Positions 50,291-63,426 of a stretch of 64,000 nt of DNA are shown piece after piece; position 1 is the stretch's first letter; every line of letters starts with the position of its first letter. Origin of the DNA: Gemmatimonadales bacterium (GTDB lineage: Bacteria; Gemmatimonadota; Gemmatimonadetes; Gemmatimonadales; GWC2-71-9). A program made the position numbers and the translations under genes. The notes beneath the pieces are model-generated. The model had not been told where the DNA came from. It ran no database searches and saw only the letters and a program-made list of their open reading frames with translations. The stretch spans positions 2,368,001-2,432,000 of the forward strand of contig OZ252244.1 of assembly GCA_965249575.1 (NCBI GenBank), in the 5' to 3' direction.

Positions 50291-51291
50291 AGCGCCGGGA
50301 CGAATTGGTCGTGGGCATCACGATGCTCGTGGCGCTCGCCGTCGTCGTGGGTGGCGCCTTATGGCTCTCGCAGACGCGCGTCGGCGGCAGCGGGGCGTTC
50401 TACAATGCGCGCTTCCGAACCGTGGGCGCCCTCGGCGTTGGCGATCCCGTCGTCTTGCGAGGGGTCCGCGTGGGACGTGTCAGCGAGATCAGACTTGGTG
50501 CGGACGATTGGGTCGAGGCCCTGGTGCAGGTGTATGACAACGTCGCGCTTCCCCCGCGGCCGGCCGTGATCGCGGCTTCGGGTTCCCTTTTCGGCGAATG
50601 GCAGGCGAGCATCATCTCGCTCGACCAGCCGATCAGCGATCCGAACATCCGCCGGGATCTCGCTGAAGCGGAGGCTGTCGGGGGAGCGTGGCCCGGCGCC
50701 ACCCTCCCGGACATCGGTCAGCTGACGGCCCAGGCGGGACGGATTGCGTCGGACATCGCTGGGCTCGCGTCGCAGGTGCGAACTGCCTTCGATTCGACCG
50801 CCGTGGTGCAGTTGCAAGAGTCGATTCGCGATTTCGGGCGCGTCTCAGACCAGTTGGCCAGCTTTACCCAGCAGCAGACGGAGATCCTCGGCGAGGTCGG
50901 TGGCAACCTGCAGCGGGGATCGAACATCTTGAGCGACGCCGCGCGGAGTCTGCAGGTCTCGCTCGCTCGGGTCGACTCCGCCACGGAACAGGGGCAGCTC
51001 ACCAGCATACTCACCAACGCGCAGGTTGCGTCGGAGGAGATGGCGGTCGCCGCGAAGGACTTCCGGGAGTTGATGGGGACGGCGAGCTCCAGTCAAGAGA
51101 GCGTTCAACGAATTATCGAAGGCGCCGATTCACTCATGACTCGGTTACAGGATCGGATGGGGACGATCGGCCTGCTGGTCGGCGACACGACGCTCTATGT
51201 CGAAACCACCCGTGCGGTGATCCAGCTGCAAGAGCTGCTCACGGACATCGAGGCGAATCCCAGAAAGTACTTCAAGTTCTCGGTGTTCTAG
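50287..51291 (+). CDS. mlaD: MlaD/MCE-family protein with helical extension
   Basis: N-terminal TM, LGVGDPVVLRGVRVGRV MCE motif, C-terminal DIEANPRKY. Confidence 0.9.
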   Translation: MKRRDELVVGITMLVALAVVVGGALWLSQTRVGGSGAFYNARFRTVGALGVGDPVVLRGVRVGRVSEIRLGADDWVEALVQVYDNVALPPRPAVIAASGSLFGEWQASIISLDQPISDPNIRRDLAEAEAVGGAWPGATLPDIGQLTAQAGRIASDIAGLASQVRTAFDSTAVVQLQESIRDFGRVSDQLASFTQQQTEILGEVGGNLQRGSNILSDAARSLQVSLARVDSATEQGQLTSILTNAQVASEEMAVAAKDFRELMGTASSSQESVQRIIEGADSLMTRLQDRMGTIGLLVGDTTLYVETTRAVIQLQELLTDIEANPRKYFKFSVF

Positions 51292-51292
51292 G

Positions 51293-51757
51293 GTGGGCCG
51301 GCGGCGTGCTGAACGGGAAACGAGCGCTGGCGGGGTCGTGTTCCGGTGCGTCGACTTGGAGCCGGAGTACCTGCTCATCCTGGATGGGCACGAGAATTGG
51401 GGACTCCCCAAGGGTCACCTCCATCGGGGGGAGCAACCCGTCGATGCGGCGAGACGGGAGATCATGGAGGAAACGGGGCTTGAGGATCTCACGCTACACG
51501 GTGAGCTAGGGGTCACCGACTGGTATTTCAAGGCCGGCGGGCGCCTGATCCATAAGTACTGTCACCACTTTCTGTTCGAGTCACTCCGCGGCGATCCGGT
51601 ACCGCAGCGCGACGAGGGGATAACCGTCTGCCGTTGGATCGGTTGGGAAGCCGCCCTCGAGACGCTGACATTCGAGAGTGCTCAGTCGATGCTCCGCCGC
51701 GCGGGCGAGGGGGTTCCGGCCCTCTGTCGCGACCGGGCGCTGGACGAAGAGGTGTAA
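51293..51757 (+). CDS. NUDIX hydrolase
   Basis: WGLPKGHLHRGEQPVDAARREIMEETG Nudix box. Confidence 0.92.
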   Translation: MGRRRAERETSAGGVVFRCVDLEPEYLLILDGHENWGLPKGHLHRGEQPVDAARREIMEETGLEDLTLHGELGVTDWYFKAGGRLIHKYCHHFLFESLRGDPVPQRDEGITVCRWIGWEAALETLTFESAQSMLRRAGEGVPALCRDRALDEEV

Positions 51758-51758
51758 A

Positions 51759-52529
51759 CTGGCGGTCGTTCCGATTTGCCACGAAAGCGCCCGGGTTCGG
51801 GCTGGCCTGCGGCGGACGTTGTCCCGCCACGGGCTCCGCGCCCGAACCTGTCGATCCGTCGACGGCGTCCGCTCCGTCCTTGGCGAAGAACTCGTCGATG
51901 CAATCGTCATTGGGGTTCGCCGGGGGACGGTCGCGGCGGCGTTCGAACTTGCGGCCACGTATCCCCGGATCCCCGTCTTCGCGGCGGCCGCCTTCGGGCC
52001 GGACGACGGCGAGCTTCTCGAGGCCTGCCGGCGGGCGGGTTTCGCTGGGTTTCTGGCGGAAGGCGTCGACGACCCCGCGGCGGGCGAAATCGTGACCGCA
52101 CGCTCGGCGAGCCGAGCACGAAGCGATGCCCTGGGTGAGGCGCCCCGTTTGCTTCGGCTCACCGAACCGGTGCAGCGGCAGGCGTGGGCGGAAGTGCTCG
52201 CTCGGGTCGAAACCCGGCCGCGGACCTCCGACATCGCGAGGGCAGTCGGGGTCACTCGCGAACATCTATCGCGGGAGTTCGCGGCGGGAGGGGCACCGAA
52301 CCTCAAACGGGTCATCGATCTTGCCCGCATCACGTGTGCGGCTGATCTTCTCACCAATCCCGGCTACGACATAGGGATGGTTGCTCGGGTGCTGCGTTAC
52401 GCTTCGGCGAGCCACATGGCGGGCAGCGCCATGCGGATCACCGGCTCGCCGCCGCTCGAGTTGGCGCGCCTCGGGGCCAGAACCGCCTTGCTGCGGTTTG
52501 TGAGGGGGCGGACACGCAGCCGGCTCTGA
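51759..52529 (+). CDS. AraC-type HTH regulator with receiver-like N-terminus; start probably CTG 51759
   Basis: TSDIARAVGVTREHLSREF and AADLL...IGMVARVLRYASASHM double HTH; GAGGTG upstream of in-frame CTG. Confidence 0.75.
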   Translation: MAVVPICHESARVRAGLRRTLSRHGLRARTCRSVDGVRSVLGEELVDAIVIGVRRGTVAAAFELAATYPRIPVFAAAAFGPDDGELLEACRRAGFAGFLAEGVDDPAAGEIVTARSASRARSDALGEAPRLLRLTEPVQRQAWAEVLARVETRPRTSDIARAVGVTREHLSREFAAGGAPNLKRVIDLARITCAADLLTNPGYDIGMVARVLRYASASHMAGSAMRITGSPPLELARLGARTALLRFVRGRTRSRL

Positions 52530-52572
52530 GGTGTGCCACTGAGGACGAACCAAACTGGTGTGCGGGAAGTCT

Positions 52573-52590
52573 TTGTGATATTTTTCACAA
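52573..52590. promoter_or_regulatory. Rex-like operator upstream of atpA
   Basis: TTGTGA-TATTTT-TCACAA palindrome, one mismatch to TTGTGAA-N4-TTCACAA. Confidence 0.7.
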
Positions 52591-52631
52591 GCTGGTCGTC
52601 TGCGTAATTCCAACTCCGCTCTAGGACAGCC

Positions 52632-54167
52632 ATGGCTACCGATTCGACTCTACGCCCTGGGGAACTGAAAGACATCCTCCTCAAGGAGATCGAGGCCGCC
52701 GATCTGCGCGATCTCGACGTACAGGAAGTCGGGACCGTGCTCGAGGTGAAGGATGGGACGGCCAGGGTGTACGGGCTGTCTTCTGCCATGTCGGGCGAGA
52801 TGCTGGAGTTCACAGCGTCCGAAAGTGGCGAGACGGTAGCCGGTCTGGCACTCAACCTGGAGGAAGACAACCTGGGGGCCGTCATCCTCGGCGATTACCT
52901 CCAGCTGCGCGAGGGGGACGAGGTCCGCCGGACGGGGAACGTGCTGGCGGTTCCGGTCGGGCCCGCGATGGTCGGTCGAGTGGTCGATCCACTGGGACAA
53001 CCCTTGGACGGCCTGGGCCCGATCGCGACCACGGCCACCCGGAAGGTCGAGTCCGCCGCCCCGGGGATCGTTCAGCGGCAGCCGGTGAAGGAACCGCTGC
53101 AGACCGGTATCAAGGCGATCGATTCCATGATCCCGATCGGTCGGGGGCAGCGCGAGCTGATCATTGGAGATCGCGGAACGGGCAAGACTGCGATCGCGAT
53201 CGACACGATGATCAACCAGCGCGGCGGGAATGTTATATGTGTCTATGTGGCCATCGGCCAGAAGAACTCCACCGTCGCGGGCGTCGTCGAGAAGCTCAAG
53301 CAGTTCGGCGCGATGGACTACTCGATCATCGTGGTCGCCGGCGCGTCGGATCCCGCGCCCATGCAGTACATCGCGCCGTATTCGGGTGCGGCGATGGCGG
53401 AGTACTTCATGTACGACGAGAAACGGGCGACCCTCTGCGTATACGACGACCTATCAAAACACGCGGCGGCATACCGACAGCTGTCGCTCGTGCTGCGGCG
53501 GCCGCCGGGACGTGAGGCGTATCCGGGCGACGTGTTCTATCTCCACAGCCGGCTACTCGAGCGTGCCGCCAAGCTCTCAGACGCCCATGGTGGGGGCTCG
53601 CTCACCGCCCTTCCGGTGATCGAGACGCAGGCCGGGGACGTATCAGCCTACATCCCGACAAACGTCATCTCCATCACCGACGGGCAGATCTTCCTCGAGA
53701 CCGATCTGTTCTATTCGAACATTCGGCCAGCCATCAACGCGGGAATCTCCGTTTCGCGTGTCGGTGGGAACGCACAGATCAAGGCGATGAAACAAGTGGC
53801 CGGCCGCCTGCGACTCGATCTCGCGCAGTTCCGGGAGCTCGAGGCGTTCGCGCAGTTCGGGTCGGAGTTGGATCAGGCGACGCAGCGACAGCTCGCGCGC
53901 GGCGCGCGGGTCGTTGAAGTCCTCAAGCAGCCGCAATACCAGCCGATGGCCGTTGAGATGCAGATTGCCATCATCTATGCGGTGACGAACGGTTACCTCG
54001 ACGATGTCCCGGAAGACCAGATCCGCGTTTGGGAACAAGAGTTTCACAAATACCTCGAGGCACACTGCGGCCACCTCATCACCAAGATCCGCACCCATCG
54101 CGTGCTGGACGACGAAACGAAACCCGAGCTCGAAAAGGCCATTGAGGGCTTCAAGGCACTCCAGTAG
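52632..54167 (+). CDS. atpA: F1 ATP synthase subunit alpha
   Basis: [38 protein letters not shown]. Confidence 0.99.
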   Translation: MATDSTLRPGELKDILLKEIEAADLRDLDVQEVGTVLEVKDGTARVYGLSSAMSGEMLEFTASESGETVAGLALNLEEDNLGAVILGDYLQLREGDEVRRTGNVLAVPVGPAMVGRVVDPLGQPLDGLGPIATTATRKVESAAPGIVQRQPVKEPLQTGIKAIDSMIPIGRGQRELIIGDRGTGKTAIAIDTMINQRGGNVICVYVAIGQKNSTVAGVVEKLKQFGAMDYSIIVVAGASDPAPMQYIAPYSGAAMAEYFMYDEKRATLCVYDDLSKHAAAYRQLSLVLRRPPGREAYPGDVFYLHSRLLERAAKLSDAHGGGSLTALPVIETQAGDVSAYIPTNVISITDGQIFLETDLFYSNIRPAINAGISVSRVGGNAQIKAMKQVAGRLRLDLAQFRELEAFAQFGSELDQATQRQLARGARVVEVLKQPQYQPMAVEMQIAIIYAVTNGYLDDVPEDQIRVWEQEFHKYLEAHCGHLITKIRTHRVLDDETKPELEKAIEGFKALQ

Positions 54168-56797
<2,630 letters not shown>

Positions 56798-56805
<8 letters not shown>

Positions 56806-57406
56806 GTGGGCGACCCTTGGTCTGGTGGGAGCGCTGTACGGGGCCGGGACACAGCCGGCACTGGCTCAGGCGACGGGGACGACATCGTTCAATGCACCAT
56901 ACCGCGCCTTCGAGCGGTCCGAAATCGGCGGTACGCTCAGCTTTCTCTCTGGAGGCGGGATCGCCGTTGAGGGCCAATACCGGTTCGGCCACGGCCGCTT
57001 CGACCTGGGCATGCGCGGGGGGATTCTCGATCCTGACGTGGGCGGCAACCGGCTCATCGTAGGTGGCGAGGCTCGAACTCGGGTGATCGAGCCCACACCA
57101 GATTTCCCACTGGACGGGGCGTTCATCATCGGTGTGGGTGGCCGGTTCGGATCGGGTGATGCCGACGTCCTCGTGCCGGCCGGGTTGTCGCTTGGCCGCC
57201 GGTTCGATCTCGAAAACTCTCCGGTGAGCATCGTCCCGTACGTCCAGCCCACGCTATTCCTGGCGGTCGGCGACGGCTCCGCCGACGTGGAGTTCGCGAT
57301 CGGCCTGGGTGGCGATTTTCGCCTCAGCGCGGCCCTCGATGCCCGTGTCAGCGTTGGGCTGGGTGACGTCGAAGGCATCTCGATCGGTGCGATTTGGGTT
57401 CATTGA
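56798..57406 (+). CDS. Outer-membrane beta-barrel-like protein
   Basis: Signal peptide ALA-Q, Gly-rich amphipathic strands, ends SIGAIWVH; overlaps atpC. Confidence 0.7.
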
Positions 57407-57486
57407 GTCTCAGATCTCCCCGTGGCGTACCGAGAGATCTGACCCGATTCTGAGCCCTGCACGAACCGCTCTTGGGGGTTGCGTCA

Positions 57487-58236
57487 ATGAACAGGACAGT
57501 CCTTGGTGTCGTGGTACTCGTGGTACTCGCGGTGCTGGCCGCGGGCTCGGCCAGACCAGCCTCCGCTCAGCTAAAGAGTCTGCCGGTGTACTTTTCCCCA
57601 AAAGGCGGGACCGGGATTACCGTTGCGGTCGATTATGGGCGGGGCCTGAACGACGATTCGGGAAAGAACTCGACATACACGGGCCGGGTGATCCTGGGGC
57701 TCCCGGTCGTGACGCTTGGAGTCGGCGTCGGGGTCTTTGATCCCAAGGTGATCAGCCAGGACAGCGAGATGCAGTTCATGGGCAATCTGGCTCTCAAGCT
57801 GTTCGGCGGGCCGCTCATGCCCGTCGCCGTGAGTCTCCAGGGCGGCGCCGGGTACCTCAAGCTCGGAAGCGGCGCGTTCGCAACGAAGTCGTGGACGTTT
57901 CCGGTGGGCGTGGGATTGGCGCTGAACATCCCGACGCCTGGCGCCTCATTGGAGCCGTGGATTGCGGGGCGCTTTCAGCTCGACCGTCTCGAGACGAGCG
58001 TGGGAAACGCGAATCAAACGGGGGTGGGCATCTCGGGCGGCGTCAATTTGGGAACCCTCACAGGGGTGGGCCTGCACGTCGCGGCCGATTGGAGCAGCGT
58101 GGGTGAGAAGGTGACGGGGAATCCGACGATCGATTTGCTCACCCGTTCCCGCAAGCCGCTCGTCTTCGGAGTGGGCCTGCGATACATGTTCAGGCTTCCC
58201 GGGCTGCCGGGTGTTCCCGTCGTCCCGGGCGTGTAG
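57487..58236 (+). CDS. Outer-membrane beta-barrel-like protein
   Basis: Signal peptide ASA-Q, amphipathic strands, FGVGLRYMF followed by a Pro/Gly/Val tail. Confidence 0.7.
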   Translation: MNRTVLGVVVLVVLAVLAAGSARPASAQLKSLPVYFSPKGGTGITVAVDYGRGLNDDSGKNSTYTGRVILGLPVVTLGVGVGVFDPKVISQDSEMQFMGNLALKLFGGPLMPVAVSLQGGAGYLKLGSGAFATKSWTFPVGVGLALNIPTPGASLEPWIAGRFQLDRLETSVGNANQTGVGISGGVNLGTLTGVGLHVAADWSSVGEKVTGNPTIDLLTRSRKPLVFGVGLRYMFRLPGLPGVPVVPGV

Positions 58237-58334
58237 CCCGGGTTCCAAAAGGCACCACCCTGCCTTAGCTTACCGACCTTTGGGGCACGCGGCGTGCCCG
58301 CAGTCGTGCTACCCCTTCTCCATGGATCGGGCGG

Positions 58335-58712
58335 GTGTCTTCATCTTTCCGGCGAGCTCTCACTTTCATTACCTGTGCGACCCTCTTGAGTTTCGCGCAG
58401 GGGTGCGCCCTGAATTTCGACGCGCGAAGTCTGGGAGTCGACGCGACCATGGCGTCTCCCGCCTCGGCGCCCGCCGAGGGCGAAGAGTTTCGTGTCACGC
58501 GGTCGGCGCTCTTCATGTTATGGGGCATGCTACCGGTCTCCCGCCCCTCACTCGAGCGCGTACTTGCTGGCCAGCTTATCGGTGGCGAACGAGTTGCCGA
58601 CCTGCGCATTCGCGTGCGGAGCCGTTTCGTCGATCTCCTCCTCACGGTTCTCACCGGGGGCTTGATTGTGCCGCGGTCCGTGACGTTCGAAGGAGTCGTC
58701 GTAGAGCGCTGA
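58335..58712 (+). CDS. Bor/Iss-like small lipoprotein
   Basis: Lipobox AQGC, FMLWGM, FVDLLLTVLTGGLIVPRSV. Confidence 0.6.
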   Translation: MSSSFRRALTFITCATLLSFAQGCALNFDARSLGVDATMASPASAPAEGEEFRVTRSALFMLWGMLPVSRPSLERVLAGQLIGGERVADLRIRVRSRFVDLLLTVLTGGLIVPRSVTFEGVVVER

Positions 58713-59949
58713 CGGTCGCCGTGGAGCCGCCGGGCCGCAGCGTGTCCAGAGCCCTGCGTCCGGCTTCTTCTCGACCTGCGGGGTCCCCTATCCACTGCAA
58801 CCAGACGTTTGCCATCGCCGCGCCGGCGTCGGCGAGCGGCAGGGGAACGCCGCCTTCGTTCGCGATCAACGCGGTGGCCTCCGCTCTTCCCCTGATGTCG
58901 GGACCGCAAACGATCGGTCTCCCCCAGGCCGCCGGCTCCAACACCGAGTGCAGCCTTCCCCGTTCGAATCCTCCACCTACGTAACACACGTCCCCAACGG
59001 AGTAGATATCGGCCAGTCGTCCGGTCACCGTGATGACGACGCAGGTGGCGCGGCCAGCCGGTTCTCCAGGTTGCCATGGGTGTGCGGCGATTCCCCGGCG
59101 CGCGAAGGATCGCAGGAGGCGCGCGGTGCACGCCGCCGACGGCTCGTGCGGTACGAGCACGAGCCGAGCTGAGGGGAATCGGTTCAGTACCGCTGCGTAT
59201 GCGTCGAGCAGCATCACCTCGTCACTGCGCTCCACACTCCCCGCAACGAGGGTGGTACGGCCGGTTGCCCGCCATTCGCTGAGCGCGCCGAGTCCGGAAG
59301 TGTTCGCAGGTCGTTCCAGCACGTAGTCGTGGCGAGGATCGCCGGTAATCCGAACGGCCTCATCTCGGATGCCGATTCTTCTCAAACGGTCGGCGTCGGT
59401 TGCCGACAGGGCCCCCGCAAAGCTGATCGCGGCGTGCTGCCGCCTGAGCAGCGGCCGTACCGGCCAGTGCAATCGGCCACTGTCGGGATGTACTCCGGAC
59501 GCGAAGGTGGCGATGGGAATGCCCCGATCGGCGGCCCCGGCTGCCAGTTCCGGCCAGAGATCTCCTCGCGAGAACGCCAGGAGCGATGGATTCAGCGCGT
59601 CGAGCGTGGCCGAAACGTCGCGCACTCCATCCCAGGGGACGTAATCCACGCGTGCTACACCAGGTGGCGTTGGCCACCAGGACAACGAAGGCGAGGAGTG
59701 CGTGACCACGACCTGGAGGTCGGGGTCGGCGGCCACCAGACGGCGGATGACCGGCTCGGCGGTGAGTGCCTCTCCCACGGAGGCTGCGTGTATCCAGAGC
59801 CGGCGCTCAGGGTGCCGTTGGGCGGTCGCCCAACAGGTCCACCTGGAGGCCGCGCCCCGGCGCCCCTCGACGCTGCGGCCAAGCTTGCCCGTCCCGAGAG
59901 GTAGGCGGCGAGCAATCCGAGCCAACGCCCGGTACGTTTGCGCGTACAC
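58651..59949 (-). CDS. waaA: Kdo transferase (start uncertain)
   Basis: LWIHAASVGE, DLWP, ITGDPR, VAGS, VLVPHEP, DVCYVGGGF, HSVLEPAAWG. Confidence 0.92.
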   Translation of the reverse strand: MYAQTYRALARIARRLPLGTGKLGRSVEGRRGAASRWTCWATAQRHPERRLWIHAASVGEALTAEPVIRRLVAADPDLQVVVTHSSPSLSWWPTPPGVARVDYVPWDGVRDVSATLDALNPSLLAFSRGDLWPELAAGAADRGIPIATFASGVHPDSGRLHWPVRPLLRRQHAAISFAGALSATDADRLRRIGIRDEAVRITGDPRHDYVLERPANTSGLGALSEWRATGRTTLVAGSVERSDEVMLLDAYAAVLNRFPSARLVLVPHEPSAACTARLLRSFARRGIAAHPWQPGEPAGRATCVVITVTGRLADIYSVGDVCYVGGGFERGRLHSVLEPAAWGRPIVCGPDIRGRAEATALIANEGGVPLPLADAGAAMANVWLQWIGDPAGREEAGRRALDTLRPGGSTATVSALRRLLRTSRTAAQSSPR

Positions 59950-59975
59950 CTGGGCAATCTGGTAGGTTGGTGAAC

Positions 59976-60722
59976 ATGACGCTACGCCGCTACGTGCAAG
60001 CGAGTCGCGAGCCCCGATATAGCCTGCTGTTCGCGCTCCCTCTGCTGTTGGCATACGAAGGCCTTACGCTGGCCCTGTCACACAGCGAGATCTCTCACGT
60101 ACGGAACGGCGCGGACGTTCTGCTCAAGACGGTCTTCGTGGCTTTCGGTGGAAGGCTCGGCGTGTCGCTGTTCGCGCTGGTCCTCGTCGGGCTGGGCGCC
60201 TGGCTCGTGTGGCGGGACCGGCGCCGGCACCCGAGCCCTATGTCCCCGGGGGTTTTCGGTGGCATGGTGGTCGAGAGCGTCGTGTACGCTGCATTGCTTG
60301 GCGCAGTCGTTGCGACACTGAGCGAGCTCTTGCTTCGCCTACCGCTCGGACTCGGCCTGCAGGGCGGGATGAAAACGCTATCACTCGCCACGCAGTTGGC
60401 GGTCTCACTCGGGGCGGGGGTTTACGAGGAGTTGCTGTTTCGTGTGTTGTTGGTTTCCGGACTGGTCGCTGCCGGGAGAGCCCTCGGCTGGGGGCTTCGC
60501 TCGGCTATCATGATGGCGGTAGTGGGGAGCGCGCTCATATTCAGTGCGTTCCACTACATCGGGCCGTTGGGAGACCGATTTGCGGTACCGACGTTCACGT
60601 TTCGAGCTGTAGCGGGCGTAGTCCTGAGCGGTCTCTACGTGACCAGGGGGCTTGGGATCACCGCGTGGACCCACGCCCTGTACGATGTAGGGTTGTCGCT
60701 GGCAAACTCCGCCAGCGCCTAG
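59976..60722 (+). CDS. CPBP (Abi/CAAX) intramembrane glutamic endopeptidase
   Basis: AGVYEELLFR, FSAFHY, AWTHALYD. Confidence 0.9.
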   Translation: MTLRRYVQASREPRYSLLFALPLLLAYEGLTLALSHSEISHVRNGADVLLKTVFVAFGGRLGVSLFALVLVGLGAWLVWRDRRRHPSPMSPGVFGGMVVESVVYAALLGAVVATLSELLLRLPLGLGLQGGMKTLSLATQLAVSLGAGVYEELLFRVLLVSGLVAAGRALGWGLRSAIMMAVVGSALIFSAFHYIGPLGDRFAVPTFTFRAVAGVVLSGLYVTRGLGITAWTHALYDVGLSLANSASA

Positions 60723-60738
60723 CCTCGGGTGCCGCGAA

Positions 60739-61407
60739 CTAGCCCTTGGTTTTTTCTGCGTAGACGGAATCGAGGAAGGGCCGCCAGTCTTCGATGGTCA
60801 AGGCGCCAACGATCAGGCCGCCCTCGACGACGAAGGACGGCGTACTGTTCACACCTCCGCGCCGCGCCGCCGTAAGATCCGCCTCGACGAGCGAACGGGT
60901 TGCTCCCGTTCGAACACAGCTGGCCATTACATCGCTCGGCAAGGGCGTGGCCGCCGCCATCTCCAAGAAATAGTCCAGGGGGTCGGACAGTGGTCCCCAT
61001 TCCCGCTGGCGCTCAAACAGGAGATCGTGAACCTCCCAGAAATGTCCCTCGCGAGCGGCGCACATCGCGAAGAGGTGCGCCGCCAGCGCGTTGGGATGGA
61101 GCTCGGGGATGGGAAAGTTGATGAACACCAACTGCGCCTTGCCCGGATCGATGTATTCACGTTGGAGGGCCGGTTTCGTGCCTTCCCAGAAGGTGCGGCA
61201 AAAGGGGCATTGGAAATCACTTACCTCGAAGATCGTAACCGGCGCGTTCGAATCTCCCTTCGTACGCGCTGAGAAGAGCAGGTCCCCCTGAGCGGTCCCC
61301 GGCGCGGGCAGCTGCCGACCGCTGCCGGACGTGTAGACGACGGCACCGCCTATCCCGATCACCGCGCCGGCCACAACTGCAAGTCCGATCTTCACGGCAG
61401 TTACCAC
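60739..61407 (-). CDS. DsbA-family thioredoxin-fold protein
   Basis: SDFQCPFC, GVNSTPSF cis-Pro loop, N-terminal anchor. Confidence 0.92.
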   Translation of the reverse strand: MVTAVKIGLAVVAGAVIGIGGAVVYTSGSGRQLPAPGTAQGDLLFSARTKGDSNAPVTIFEVSDFQCPFCRTFWEGTKPALQREYIDPGKAQLVFINFPIPELHPNALAAHLFAMCAAREGHFWEVHDLLFERQREWGPLSDPLDYFLEMAAATPLPSDVMASCVRTGATRSLVEADLTAARRGGVNSTPSFVVEGGLIVGALTIEDWRPFLDSVYAEKTKG

Positions 61408-61477
61408 CGTACCATCTCCGACTTCGGTGTGTCGCGGACAGGGGGCGTGTCGAGCGGGTCGCGCGCGGTCCGGGGCA

Positions 61478-62230
61478 CTAGTACCTCCACCTGGCGATTG
61501 CGTTCTTCGAGAAAATGGGTACTGAAACTGGCAGCCCGCTAGTTACTGAAACCTCGATGTTCCAGAAGTGTTCCTGAAACGGATTCTCGGGATCGGGCCG
61601 TCGAGCCGCCAGCCACCACCGCCCGGGCTGGAGCGCCAGGGTCGCGTGCCCGCTCGCGTCCGTGGTCACGCGTCGAACTTGCCTGCCGCTCCGCTCCGTC
61701 AGCGAGCGGGTGATCTCGCCGTAGGAAACGTATGCGTCCCGTTCCCATGTCCTGATCGAGTCCGCTGCAGCCGTCGCTTTCTCGGCCAGGGCGAGATCAA
61801 CTGCGAAGTGCTTACGGAGATCCGTTTCCCGCAGGGATGCGCGCCGCGAAAGCCGGGCATACATCTGTCGGAACTGCTCATAGGCGGTGCGGTATCCCGC
61901 GCTCTCACGGTCCGTGGAGCGTAGGGAGTCTGCCAATGCGCTCACGCTGTCACGGGTAGCAATCCACGCCCGTCCGGCGCGATCAGCCGGCGGATGGGCT
62001 GGGCGCCGGTAGCTTGGGATGTCACCCTCCAGCTCGGGAAAACTCGGCCGCGGAGTCCGCGCCGCCCGGCCAAGCGAATCGAGTAGCCACTGGTGATCAT
62101 AGGGTAGGGCGACGACCTCGAGCCCGGCGAGCGGGCCATCCATTCGGGCGCTGAGCCGTACCTCGACACCACTACGCCCGCACGCGGCAGCCAGCGCAGC
62201 ACCTCCGAGTGCGACGACGAACCTCGACAC
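61478..62230 (-). CDS. Hypothetical lipoprotein
   Basis: Lipobox AAAC; helical insert; TTDASGHATLALQPGRWW transthyretin/CarboxypepD-like strands. Confidence 0.7.
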   Translation of the reverse strand: MSRFVVALGGAALAAACGRSGVEVRLSARMDGPLAGLEVVALPYDHQWLLDSLGRAARTPRPSFPELEGDIPSYRRPAHPPADRAGRAWIATRDSVSALADSLRSTDRESAGYRTAYEQFRQMYARLSRRASLRETDLRKHFAVDLALAEKATAAADSIRTWERDAYVSYGEITRSLTERSGRQVRRVTTDASGHATLALQPGRWWLAARRPDPENPFQEHFWNIEVSVTSGLPVSVPIFSKNAIARWRY

Positions 62231-62336
62231 GGGGGGGGACGGGCGATTCGTCGTGTGACGCGAAGTGAGAGATCGACAAAACGGCCGCTCCCCGGCTCCC
62301 GCCGGGCACCGAGTCGCTCGTCGGCTCCGGGCTATC

Positions 62337-63263
62337 TCAGTCGACGATGGTTTCGGGGAAGATGAACTGCCGAGGATCGATATGGCGCCCGTTCACGATC
62401 ACCTCGTAATGCAGGTGGGGAGCCGTGGCGATTCCCGTCCTACCGACATGGGCGATTGGCTCGCTTCGGTCAACGCGCTGACCTACCCGCACCAGCGTCT
62501 TGGAGCAGTGTGCGTATCGGGTGACGACGCCATAGCCGTGGTCCACGGCAACCATCAAGCCGTATCCCGGCTCGTTTCCGACCCTGATGACGAGCCCGCT
62601 CGCCGGTGCCACAATGGGCGTTCCCGAATTTGCGGCGATGTCGATCCCGGGGTGGGGGCGTGCTTCGTGGTGAATGGGGTGAATACGTGCGGCAGCGAAC
62701 GGGCTGGTAAGGAACCCATTCGTCGGTGAGATGGATGGAGTATGCGACAACCGTCGTTTGTGCGCAGAGAGGCTCTCCGCCGCCTGCGCAAACGACTGAA
62801 CGAGCAGGTTGGCGCGGCGAATGAGCCCTGCCGCGTCCAACCGCATCGAGAGGGCGTCCCGTCCGCGTTCGGTCTGTTCGAGTCGTGAGTCGCGGTCGCT
62901 CCAGGCACCAGGCCCACCGATACCCGCCTGCTGAACATCGGGGTCCATCGGTTCGAGACCCGCCAGGACGCGTACCTGGCGGTCGCGGTCCGTCATGGCG
63001 GACACCGTGTCGTTCAATTGTGCGAGGAGCGTGTGCGTGGTTTGAATTTCTTGCGCGAGGACGTCGTTCTGTCGTTCGAGTTGCTGGAGCCGGGAAACGT
63101 TGACGGTCTTCGTGATGGTCGTATAGCCGAGGACGGCCGCCGCGAGCGGCAACGCGAGGGCGGAACCCAGGAACACCCGCAGCGCGGGTCTGGAGATTCG
63201 CACCGACCTCGATTTCCCGGGGCCGTGGGGCACCACCAAGACAGTCCATTCCGGTTCGGGCAT
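62337..63263 (-). CDS. M23 family metallopeptidase with TM anchor and coiled coil
   Basis: HPGIDIAA (HxxxD), TRYAHC, APHLHYEV (HxH). Confidence 0.93.
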   Translation of the reverse strand: MPEPEWTVLVVPHGPGKSRSVRISRPALRVFLGSALALPLAAAVLGYTTITKTVNVSRLQQLERQNDVLAQEIQTTHTLLAQLNDTVSAMTDRDRQVRVLAGLEPMDPDVQQAGIGGPGAWSDRDSRLEQTERGRDALSMRLDAAGLIRRANLLVQSFAQAAESLSAHKRRLSHTPSISPTNGFLTSPFAAARIHPIHHEARPHPGIDIAANSGTPIVAPASGLVIRVGNEPGYGLMVAVDHGYGVVTRYAHCSKTLVRVGQRVDRSEPIAHVGRTGIATAPHLHYEVIVNGRHIDPRQFIFPETIVD

Positions 63264-63357
63264 GAACGCGTCCTCTTTGATTCACTTACGTGGGGCCTAT
63301 CACGACACACAGGGCGGAGCGGGCCCGTCACTTCACGCTGCTGAAATCGGAGGCGCA

Positions 63358-63387
63358 ATAATAGAGCTTCGGTCACAGACCTGTCAA
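63358..63387 (-). promoter_or_regulatory. Putative sigma-70 promoter of the M23 gene
   Basis: TTGACA-N18-TATTAT. Confidence 0.55.
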
Positions 63388-63426
63388 GCCTTAGGGCGAA
63401 GTTCTAATACATTGTGTCGTAATGAG

